A DNA stretch of 64,000 bases from Patescibacteria group bacterium (GCA_041645165.1 JBAZQN010000011.1:1254-65253), one strand, 5' to 3'. Positions 46,454-54,079 are shown, counted from the first letter of the stretch. Numbers and translations are program-made. The notes: a model not told the origin generated them from the sequence alone.

Positions 46454-46858
46454 TTGGTAATTGATTATTTACATATGGTTTTCCAGATCATCGCGTGCGC
46501 GTTAATCATATTGATTGTGGGGCGGATCGCATGGCAATTCCGCCGAGGCACGATCAGCGGGAAAGAATTTTTCTTTTGGTCGTTTTTTTGGGTGCTTGCC
46601 GCGGCGGCCATACTCGTGCCCAACGCCTTAACCATGATCGCGAATATATTAGGCATCGGGCGGGGGACTGACCTCGCATTTTACGGCTCATTCGTCATCG
46701 TCGCCTATGTGCTCTTCAGAATTGTGGTACGGATGGATAAGATGGAAAGGGATATCACAAAAGTAGTGAGACATTTGGCGCTTGATGATACGCATCAGGT
46801 ATCACGTATTAAGTATCAGGGGACTGACCGCGATACGCTTGAGAATCGTGATACGTAA
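46454..46858 (+). CDS. small 4-TM membrane protein (DUF2304-like, GT2-associated); the C-terminal ~25 aa are encoded by a taatac heptamer repeat
   Basis: Hydrophobic profile. Nucleotides 46775-46875 are the cgtgatacgtaatacctaatacc repeat. Confidence 0.4.
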   Translation: MVIDYLHMVFQIIACALIILIVGRIAWQFRRGTISGKEFFFWSFFWVLAAAAILVPNALTMIANILGIGRGTDLAFYGSFVIVAYVLFRIVVRMDKMERDITKVVRHLALDDTHQVSRIKYQGTDRDTLENRDT

Positions 46859-46889
46859 TACCTAATACCTAATACTTACTATTATCACC

Positions 46890-48044
46890 ATGCCCCGCGT
46901 CGCCGTGATCATAGTCACCTATAATAGCGCCCGGTTCCTCCCGGAACTTTTCGTAAGCCTTAAGGCCATGCAGCATCCCGCCGGCGGGGTGCAGTTTATT
47001 TTTGTGGACAATGCTTCTGCCGATCACAGTCCAGAATTGGTACGCGAGGCAATGCCGGATGCGGCATTGGTTCGTGAAAAAGAAAATAGAGGATTTTCTG
47101 CAGGTGTGAATGCAGGCTTGAGGCACCCGTTGGCGCAAGGCGTGGAATTTATCGCGCTTCTCAATCCTGACACGGTGGTGCATCCGGATTGGCTCACGGC
47201 CCTCGTGAACGCGTTGGAAGGACAGCGTAAGGCTGTCTCTGCTCAATCTCTTATTCTTTACGCGCAGGATCGCGAGAAGGTAAATTCAGCGGGAAATAGT
47301 ATCCACTTTTTAGGGTTTGGTTTTAGTCAAGCTAACGGGCAGTCCCGATCTGTCATTCTGAACGAAGTCCCGATACCATCGGGACGGAATGAGGAATCGC
47401 CCACGAATGTGGGCTCGCATACGCGAGAGATCCTTCGTCCCGATGCGCTTGGGACTCAGGATGACGTTAAACTCAGCACACATTTCATCACCTACGCGAG
47501 CGGGGCTGCAGTGCTGTACCGACACAATGCGTTGAAGGAAATTGGTTTATTCGACGAAAACCTTTTTATGTACCATGATGATCTTGACGTGGGGTGGAAA
47601 TTTTTGTTACGCGGATACCAGAATATTTTAGTACCCTCCTCGATAGTTTATCATCATTACGAATTTTCACGCAGCATCCGGAAATATTACTGGATAGAGC
47701 GCAATAGGCTCTTGCTCCTGCTTACGCATTATAAATTCAGCACCCTGTTATTAATTTTACCCGCATTAATTATTCTTGAATTCGGGTTGATGTTTTTCGC
47801 GCTCTACCGCGGTTTTTTTGGCGCGCGACTGCGTGCGTACGTATGGATATTTGTTCATGTGCCTTTAATTATGAAAAAACATAAATACGTGCAGAATATA
47901 AGAACACAGCCTGATAAGGCCGTACTTGGATCATTTACCGGTGTCATTACTGACCAAGAGATAAGCAATCCTCTTGTGGAATATGTTATGAATCCGGTGT
48001 TTGCATTATATCTTGCCTTTCTCCGTTATGTTATACGATGGTAG
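46890..48044 (+). CDS. GT2 glycosyltransferase carrying an in-frame RPE-like palindromic insertion
   Basis: VAVIIVTYNSARFL … FVDNASAD … DxD region. Nucleotides 47345-47465 (gtcattctgaacgaagtcc…gggactcaggatgac) encode …SRSVILNEVPIPSGRNEESPTNVGSHTREILRPDALGTQDD…. Confidence 0.8.
   Translation: MPRVAVIIVTYNSARFLPELFVSLKAMQHPAGGVQFIFVDNASADHSPELVREAMPDAALVREKENRGFSAGVNAGLRHPLAQGVEFIALLNPDTVVHPDWLTALVNALEGQRKAVSAQSLILYAQDREKVNSAGNSIHFLGFGFSQANGQSRSVILNEVPIPSGRNEESPTNVGSHTREILRPDALGTQDDVKLSTHFITYASGAAVLYRHNALKEIGLFDENLFMYHDDLDVGWKFLLRGYQNILVPSSIVYHHYEFSRSIRKYYWIERNRLLLLLTHYKFSTLLLILPALIILEFGLMFFALYRGFFGARLRAYVWIFVHVPLIMKKHKYVQNIRTQPDKAVLGSFTGVITDQEISNPLVEYVMNPVFALYLAFLRYVIRW
47345..47465 (+). repeat. 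RPE-like palindromic element, copy 1 (gtcattctgaacg…cccacgaatgtgggctcgcatacgcgagagatccttc…ggtcaggatgac)
   Basis: Terminal arms are inverted-complementary. Copies lie at 48701-48794 and, reversed, at 50514-50573. Confidence 0.85.
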
Positions 48045-48078
48045 GGGCAGAAAATTTTCTGCCCCTACAAGTGAATTT

Positions 48079-49494
48079 ATGCCATACCGAATCGCGCATA
48101 TCACCCCCGTGTACCCGCCTTATGCAGGCGGTATTGGGGTTGTGGCGAAAAATATGGCGGGAGGGTTGGCAGGAAGAAGATGGCAAGTGGAAACGTTTAC
48201 GCCCACGTTGGATAACTCCACCCAACCTCCTCTTAAGTTAAGAGGAGGGGAAGGAGGAGTTATGGATAATAAAATAACGTATCTCAAACCATGGTTGCAT
48301 GTGGGCAATGCGGCGCTCGTGCCGCAATTAAGGAAATTAGAAGGATACGATATCATTCATCTGCATTATCCTTTTTTCGGCGGGGCTGAATTTGTTCTTC
48401 TGGGTATAATTTTTCAACGATTTAATTCCGCGTTTTTCAGCGATAAGGCCACGCGTGACGTTCCGCGTAAGTCAGCGTTCATTTTACAATACCATCATGA
48501 CGCAGACGCTAAAGGTTTGAAGGGGATGATGTTTAAACTTTATGACAGGATTGTGCTCCCGCGTTTGATCACGCGCGCCGACAGGGTGATCGTATCAGCG
48601 ATGGATTATGCGCAACATTCACGCATTGCGAAATACATAAGCGATAAGTTTGTCGAAATACCGTTTGGGGTTGATGCGAAACGATTTGAACCGTTAGGTA
48701 GTCATTCTGAACGTAGTGAAGAATCTCCCGTGCATACGGGCACACCGCTGGCATTCGCCAGAGATCCTTCCCCCGACTCGCGGGGTCAGGATGACAAATC
48801 CGTTATTGTTCTCTTCGTCGGTTCCCTCGACCGCGCGCATTGGTTTAAAGGGTTAGAGGTATTACTTCACGCGTTCGCCATACTGAAACAAGAAAATGAA
48901 CAAAATCGTTTAAAATCTACTCATTTAAACCCTACCCTAAATACCACGAGCCAACTTCGCCATAGTAGCCAAAGGCTACGTCGGCTGAATCGTGGTAATC
49001 CTGCCTGCGCAGGCAGGAGGGAGGGATTGAATTTGAAATGTTTGGTTATAGGCGAAGGTAATCTTAAAGAGAAATATAAAAAAATGGCACAAGATTTAGG
49101 GATTCAAGACCAAGTGCAGTTTTTTGGCAACGTGTCTCAAACGCAATTGCCTGATTATTACCGCAACGCGGACCTTTTTGTGTTTCCTTCGGTATCGCGC
49201 GCGGAAGCATTCGGATTGGTGGCGCTTGAAGCAATGGCGTCAGGTTTGCCCGTCATCGTAAGCGATCTGCCGGGAGTGCGGACGCTGGTGGAAGAGGGGA
49301 TAAACGGATTTAAGGTGCCTGTGAATGATCCACGTGCGTTGGCGCGACGCATTCAGGATCTGATTGAAGATAAGTCACTACGCGGCAGTATGGGACAAAA
49401 AAGCAGAGAAAAGGTTTTAGAGGGTTATACATGGGATAAGGCTATTGACAAGATAGAGAGAGTGTACTTAGATATGTTGGTAAATAAACCATGA
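48079..49494 (+). CDS. GT4 glycosyltransferase with three in-frame repeat-derived insertions
   Basis: N-terminus MPYRIAHITPVYPPYAGGIG. C-terminus EAFGLVALEAMASGLPVIVSD (Glycos_transf_1). Insertions: 48216-48273 (HP2 hairpin plus ggaggagttATG), 48701-48794 (RPE-like), about 48900-49030 (palindromes gccatagtagcc…ggctacg and cctgcctgcgcaggcagg). Confidence 0.75.
   Translation: MPYRIAHITPVYPPYAGGIGVVAKNMAGGLAGRRWQVETFTPTLDNSTQPPLKLRGGEGGVMDNKITYLKPWLHVGNAALVPQLRKLEGYDIIHLHYPFFGGAEFVLLGIIFQRFNSAFFSDKATRDVPRKSAFILQYHHDADAKGLKGMMFKLYDRIVLPRLITRADRVIVSAMDYAQHSRIAKYISDKFVEIPFGVDAKRFEPLGSHSERSEESPVHTGTPLAFARDPSPDSRGQDDKSVIVLFVGSLDRAHWFKGLEVLLHAFAILKQENEQNRLKSTHLNPTLNTTSQLRHSSQRLRRLNRGNPACAGRREGLNLKCLVIGEGNLKEKYKKMAQDLGIQDQVQFFGNVSQTQLPDYYRNADLFVFPSVSRAEAFGLVALEAMASGLPVIVSDLPGVRTLVEEGINGFKVPVNDPRALARRIQDLIEDKSLRGSMGQKSREKVLEGYTWDKAIDKIERVYLDMLVNKP
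48216..48273 (+). repeat. HP2-SD-ATG element (cctcctcttaagttaagaggagg ggaaggaggagttATG) inserted in-frame inside the GT4 gene
   Basis: Same module that precedes the DUF559 and hydrogenase-large-subunit starts. It creates an internal SD plus ATG at 48271. Confidence 0.8.
48701..48794 (+). repeat. RPE-like palindromic element, copy 2 (in-frame in GT4)
   Basis: gtcattctgaacgtagtgaagaatctccc…agatccttcccccgactcgcggggtcaggatgac encodes HSERSEESPVHTGTPLAFARDPSPDSRGQDD. Confidence 0.85.
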
Positions 49495-49532
49495 AATAGC
49501 ATTTTCACAAAATTTGAGAGGAGGTGAGGAAG

Positions 49533-49673
49533 TTGAAAAAGTTCCCACTTTTTCTAATATTTCTGTTGTTGCTAGGTGGTTGCAAGGAGGAGGAGAAGAA
49601 AGAAAAGCAGCAAGATCAGCAACAACAGCAAGAGAAGGAGCAGGAATATACGGGGAAAGAATTAGATGTGTAG
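49533..49673 (+). CDS. small lipoprotein (46 aa, TTG start)
   Basis: SD gaggaggtgagg 7 nt upstream. Signal peptide LKKFPLFLIFLLLLGGC (lipobox) followed by a Glu/Lys/Gln tail. Confidence 0.3.
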   Translation: MKKFPLFLIFLLLLGGCKEEEKKEKQQDQQQQQEKEQEYTGKELDV

Positions 49674-49886
49674 CTCCTTCTTTTAAAAATGCGGCAGGGG
49701 TAATTGACTTGCCGCGGCTTTCTTAGATGAGAATGCATTTATCCTTTAAGAAAGCTTAGGAACTTTGAAGTAGTGAGAGCTTCATGATGCAATTCAGGGG
49801 CTCTTTTATTTATGCACATTGTTGGATTATGAAGAGTGTTATAAGGTGAAGTAATAAACCAATGTAGTTGATATCGAACCTTTACA

Positions 49887-50402
49887 ATGGAGGTCATTAT
49901 GTCCCCGAGAGAGAAGATTGTTGTGAGGGGGATCGTAACATTAGTTTTATTAGTTGGGGGTGGTTGGTGTTTGGTATGTGATTACCTCATGCATAAGTAT
50001 GAGGAGTCACAAATTGGTACAACGTCGACATGGGTGGGGTCGACTGGTACCGTTAATTCACTAGATCTTCCTGAATTAGATAATTTCCAAGCACAGGAGG
50101 ATCTCGAGATGTTCATCCAGCGTCATGAGCTGGCGGACATCCTCCACCGACGGGAATGCTACAGGGTGGCGTTCCCTCATGGAGAGCGACCGGATAGTAC
50201 AGTCGAGTGGCGTGGGCACAGGTCCGATCGTGGCCTTTTCCTTCTTGGGCCACCAACGGGGAGGACCGAACTCTATGAGGAGGGCGGTGAGTGTTATTAT
50301 ATTTTCACCGTTACCTCATTTGCTTCACAACGTTACTTCCTCCCGGGAATAACGATATTCAACGGGTCGCTCTGGCCCGGAGATTACCTTTTCGTTTTTT
50401 AA
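49887..50402 (+). CDS. hypothetical protein with an N-terminal TM helix
   Basis: 171-aa ORF with no motifs. Confidence 0.4.
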   Translation: MEVIMSPREKIVVRGIVTLVLLVGGGWCLVCDYLMHKYEESQIGTTSTWVGSTGTVNSLDLPELDNFQAQEDLEMFIQRHELADILHRRECYRVAFPHGERPDSTVEWRGHRSDRGLFLLGPPTGRTELYEEGGECYYIFTVTSFASQRYFLPGITIFNGSLWPGDYLFVF

Positions 50403-50513
50403 ATCCCGCCGATTTTTTAAAGGAGGAAAACCATTTTCCTCCTTCTGCCCTAGGAGATAAGTTAATTTGTCTTTTAAGGCGGGATTTAGAGAGATGGAGA
50501 AGGTTATGGTATA

Positions 50514-50573
50514 CCGTCCTCGCGCATACGAGCCCACATTCGTGGGAGATTCTTCACTACGTTCAGAATGACG
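50514..50573 (-). repeat. RPE-like element, copy 3 (partial, intergenic)
   Basis: Reverse complement atcgtcattctgaacgtagtgaagaatctcccacgaatgtgggctcgtatgcgcgag. Confidence 0.8.
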
Positions 50574-50605
50574 ATAGGAAGGGTATAAGGGTGTTTTTAT
50601 AGAAG

Positions 50606-50632
50606 AGAGTGTAGTAAGACACTCTTTTTTGA
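50606..50632 (+). terminator. rho-independent terminator (agagtgtagtaagacactct tttttt)
   Basis: 7-bp perfect stem followed by a T6 run, downstream of the 49887..50402 ORF. Confidence 0.6.
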
Positions 50633-50648
50633 TATACAATGATAATGT

Positions 50649-50876
50649 TATGCCCCGTAATACAACATCCAAGAGGGAGGCATAAATTTGAAAAATAGAG
50701 AATGGATTTACTAGGGGAGTCTCGGCGAGTGCATTAAGTGGTTCTTTCCTCGCCTCCCTCATCGATCGCCATACTAATGCCAAGTTTTTTGCGTAACATT
50801 TCATCTTAATCTCATTTATCCATCATAATCATTTTACGCCGTTTGTGTGGCGTTGGATGTTGATATACGGGGTATG
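50649..50876 (+). promoter_or_regulatory. conserved structured 5' leader L, copy 2 (upstream of the GT4 gene)
   Basis: See copy 1 at 36907-37138. It ends …ggcgttggatgttgatatacggggtATG. Confidence 0.6.
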
Positions 50877-52193
50877 AAAGTATTACTTATTAATCATCTT
50901 TATCCCGAAGGCGGGGGCGCAGAAGCGGCGGCGAGAGGATTGGTGCAATTCCTTAAAGTACAAGGGCATGAGGTCGCGGCGCTTACCTTAGGTGATGATA
51001 CAGCAAAGGGTGGAATGAGCGGACGTGATGAAGGTGGCGTTCAAATATATTCTTATAAAACTTTAAGCCGCCGTTTTTCAGAGAAACTGATCGTTTGCTT
51101 ATTCTACGATCGCCCGCCTGCCGCCGCCTTTCATGAGGCTACTATATGTAATGATTTATCTAAAACAAAGCGTGTTAATAGAAGAACTAATAATAGGCTA
51201 TGGCGGGCAGGTAGTATATGCAAACGAGTATTTTTCAGAGCAGGGGCATTTTTGTGCGACTGGATTAATTTGAACGGCCCCTTAAAGGCTTTGCGATTAA
51301 TACAGAAATTAAAACCAGATGTGGTGCATACGCACAATCTGCGCGGGATGGGGATGCTCCTGCCTCTTTTTATCCGATTTGGCAAAGGTAATGCGCGGTG
51401 GATCCATACGCTCCATGATATCCAATTAGTTTATCCCAGCGGCGTGGTGAGGAATTCGAAGTCTGCGCAGATATATGAAATTATCAGAAAGATATATGAG
51501 CAACAGCAGAGGTTGGTTTGGGGTTCGCCGAATGTGGTGGCGTCGCCATCTGATTTTTTAAAAAAGTTTTACGCGGAAAGAGGATTTTTTAGGAAATCGA
51601 AATTTGAGGTAATTCCTAATGTGATAATGGGTGCGGCGCAAGGAGATGAAGAGATGGGGGAGGGGAAGAATTCTATTTCGTTCATTGGCGCGTTGGAGGA
51701 GAGTAAAGGAATACAGATTCTCCTTGAGGCTGCGCAAAGGGTGGGACAGGAATTTCAGCAACGCGCGTTTACCTTAGATATCGTTGGCGACGGGTCATTG
51801 AGGAACAAATTGGCAGCACAATATGCGCGATTCCCGTGGATTCGGTTTCGCGGTGCGTTAAAAGACAAATCATTAAAGGATATTTTTGCACGCGCTTTGG
51901 TCACCGTTATTCCCTCACTGACGCTGGAAAATGCGCCTATGGCAATCCTTGAGAGTTTTCATTTTGGCGTACCGGTTATCGCGAGCCGCATCGGCGGTAT
52001 TCCCGAATATGTGAAAGAAGGGGAGACGGGTTGGCTGTTTAACCTTGGGTCTGTTGATGAGTTAGCTGCATTGTTAAGAAAAATTATTAATGAAGGAGTT
52101 TCCGAAGAGATTTCCCGAAATTGCCAGCGCGTGTCGGTTGATTTGGGCGTACAGGCATATGCCGGCCATGCTGCGCTCTATAATTCGTCATAA
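50874..52193 (+). CDS. GT4 glycosyltransferase
   Basis: MKVLLINHLYPEGGGAE … E-x7-E region … FGVPVIASRIGGIPEYV. The ORF track begins inside the leader at 50847. Confidence 0.8.
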   Translation: MKVLLINHLYPEGGGAEAAARGLVQFLKVQGHEVAALTLGDDTAKGGMSGRDEGGVQIYSYKTLSRRFSEKLIVCLFYDRPPAAAFHEATICNDLSKTKRVNRRTNNRLWRAGSICKRVFFRAGAFLCDWINLNGPLKALRLIQKLKPDVVHTHNLRGMGMLLPLFIRFGKGNARWIHTLHDIQLVYPSGVVRNSKSAQIYEIIRKIYEQQQRLVWGSPNVVASPSDFLKKFYAERGFFRKSKFEVIPNVIMGAAQGDEEMGEGKNSISFIGALEESKGIQILLEAAQRVGQEFQQRAFTLDIVGDGSLRNKLAAQYARFPWIRFRGALKDKSLKDIFARALVTVIPSLTLENAPMAILESFHFGVPVIASRIGGIPEYVKEGETGWLFNLGSVDELAALLRKIINEGVSEEISRNCQRVSVDLGVQAYAGHAALYNSS

Positions 52194-52208
52194 TGCGTAT
52201 TTGGGAAG

Positions 52209-52502
52209 GTATCTCATACGTACGCGCTCACTGTCCATCAACACCCCCACCACACCTCCCCCTTTATATCATCAAGATATGGCGAAGCCATAGGGGGAGG
52301 ACAAGGCGTGTGGTCTCCCCCTTAGGCGCCGTAAAAAAATAACATATCCCGCCATCTACGCCGTACGTCAACAAAATAAGGACAAACCTATGGGACAAGT
52401 GAAATGTTATTTTTTTAAGCGCCCTTATCAAGGGGGAGATCAAGAGGGGGGTTTAAACCGCGAGGATGGCGATGCCCCCAGTGAGCGCGTACATCTCATA
52501 CC
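52209..52502. repeat. MITE-A copy 2 (TIRs ggtatctcatacgtacgcgctcactg / cagtgagcgcgtacatctcatacc) with nested 25-bp and 100-bp elements
   Basis: Its interior aligns with copy 1 except for the inserted catcaagatatggcgaagccata (also at 1466) and the 100-bp repeat (also at 7186). Confidence 0.75.
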
Positions 52503-52504
52503 TC

Positions 52505-52533
52505 TTGACAAGGGGTATAATGCTCAATATACT
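52505..52533 (+). promoter_or_regulatory. sigma-70-type promoter TTGACA-17 bp-TATACT for hrcA
   Basis: Consensus -35, 17-bp spacer and a near-consensus -10 immediately upstream of the CIRCE operator. Confidence 0.6.
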
Positions 52534-52537
52534 GCAA

Positions 52538-52564
52538 TTAGCACTCTAACCATGCGAGTGCTAA
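52538..52564 (+). promoter_or_regulatory. CIRCE operator (TTAGCACTC-N9-GAGTGCTAA), HrcA binding site
   Basis: Perfect match to the 9-N9-9 CIRCE consensus, about 50 nt upstream of hrcA. Confidence 0.9.
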
Positions 52565-52611
52565 TCCCTTAAAGAGTATAATATGCATAAGTATTTTGTT
52601 ATTTGACGGGT

Positions 52612-53298
52612 ATGGACGAACGGCAAGGCACACTTCTCTCGCATTTAATAGAAGAATATGTGGAGACCATCGAACCGGTGGGATCCAAACTGCTTGCAGA
52701 AAAATATGAGATGTCGGTAAGCCCCGCGACTATCCGCAATGACATGGCCGTGCTTGAAGAGGAAGGGTATCTCTCCCAGCCGCATATTTCTGCGGGAAGA
52801 GTGCCCACAGAACGGGCGTATCGCTATTGGATCACGCATGGGGAGGCTAAACCGGTTGAGAGAAAAGAACGGTCAATGTACGAGCGGGTATGGCATGAGG
52901 ATGGCGAAGCCGCAAGCTTCAAAGCAATCGCGCGTGCCCTGTCAGAGGTATCAGAGAATGCCGTAGTGGTCGCGTTTAGCCCCGAAGATTTTTATTATAC
53001 TGGTTTGAGCGCACTTTTTGCACAGCCGGAATTTGAAGAGCAAGGATATGCGGTGTCGCTTGCGAAAGTCATTGACCATTTGGACCAGATTTTAGGCAGG
53101 CTCGTGAAGGAGATGAGCGAACATCAGACGCTTTTGGGGAGCGATAATCCATTTGGCGATGCGTGCGGATTTGTCGGCACGTCATATTCGAGGAAGGCGA
53201 AACAGAAAGGATGTATCGGCATCTTAGGCCCTCTGCGCATGCATTATCCCAGAAATATTGCGCGGATTAGGCTGATATCGGAATTGATCAACAGTTAG
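52612..53298 (+). CDS. hrcA: heat-inducible transcription repressor HrcA
   Basis: MDERQGTLLSHLIEEYVETIEPVGSKLL… winged-helix N-terminus characteristic of HrcA. The ORF track starts at the TTG at 52603. Confidence 0.85.
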   Translation: MDERQGTLLSHLIEEYVETIEPVGSKLLAEKYEMSVSPATIRNDMAVLEEEGYLSQPHISAGRVPTERAYRYWITHGEAKPVERKERSMYERVWHEDGEAASFKAIARALSEVSENAVVVAFSPEDFYYTGLSALFAQPEFEEQGYAVSLAKVIDHLDQILGRLVKEMSEHQTLLGSDNPFGDACGFVGTSYSRKAKQKGCIGILGPLRMHYPRNIARIRLISELINS

Positions 53299-53323
53299 TA
53301 TTTTGTATAGTGCATTGCTATTC

Positions 53324-53497
53324 AGATTCCGATTTTCAACGTCATTCCCGCCCCGTATCGCGGTACGGGGCAAGCTCCGGCGGGAATCCAGACGCCGTCC
53401 TCGACCGAGATCGGGGAAAATCAAAAGAAAACACCGATTTTTTGTTTGTTTTTTGTCTGGATTCCAGATCAGGTCTGGAATGACATTATCGGAATTA
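53324..53497 (-). repeat. MITE-B copy 2, between hrcA and grpE
   Basis: Reverse complement of 17868-18038 at about 90% identity. Confidence 0.85.
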
Positions 53498-53524
53498 GGT
53501 TAACAATTTAGTATAATAAAAATT

Positions 53525-54079
53525 ATGGATGATGCACCATCTCAAAACGCAACACCACAGGCAGCTGCACAGCCGGACTCGGGCCACTCGCCATCGGACA
53601 TCATTACCATGAGCAATGAAGAATATGAAAAATTAAAAACGCAGGCCGTCGAATACCTTGACGGATGGAAACGCGCGAAAGCCGATTATATAAATTTTAA
53701 AAAAGAAACAGAGGAGCGCCAGAGTGAATTTATAAAATTTTCCGCCCAAGCCGCACTCATGGGGTTTATCCCCCTCTATGACCATTTGAAGGGCGCATTT
53801 GCGCATCTGCCGCCGGAACGGAATAAGGATCCATGGATTGACGGAGTGCTCAAGATTAAGCAGGAATTTGCTTCATATTTGCGCGATGCGGGCATAGAAG
53901 AAATTCTTACCATAGGTAAACCATTTGATCCGACTAAACATGAATCAGTAGGCATTGAGATTGAAAAAGAGGCGCCTGTCCATACGGTGGTCAAAGAAAT
54001 AAAAGGAGGTTATACCCTGTATGGGAAAGTGATTATTCCCGCGCAAGTGGTCATCAGCGAACAAGTACCGTTACCATAA
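53525..54079 (+). CDS. grpE: nucleotide exchange factor GrpE
   Basis: Coiled-coil N-terminus, …YINFKKETEERQSEF…, C-terminal beta domain. Position is upstream of dnaK. Confidence 0.9.
   Translation: MDDAPSQNATPQAAAQPDSGHSPSDIITMSNEEYEKLKTQAVEYLDGWKRAKADYINFKKETEERQSEFIKFSAQAALMGFIPLYDHLKGAFAHLPPERNKDPWIDGVLKIKQEFASYLRDAGIEEILTIGKPFDPTKHESVGIEIEKEAPVHTVVKEIKGGYTLYGKVIIPAQVVISEQVPLP

Noticed and set aside
50325-50804. 159-aa minus-strand ORF and 103-aa plus-strand ORF in the 50.3-50.8 kb spacer
   Set aside because: Both are assembled from repeat DNA: the RPE-like copy, a terminator and leader L. The HSERSEESP peptide motif is just the translated repeat.
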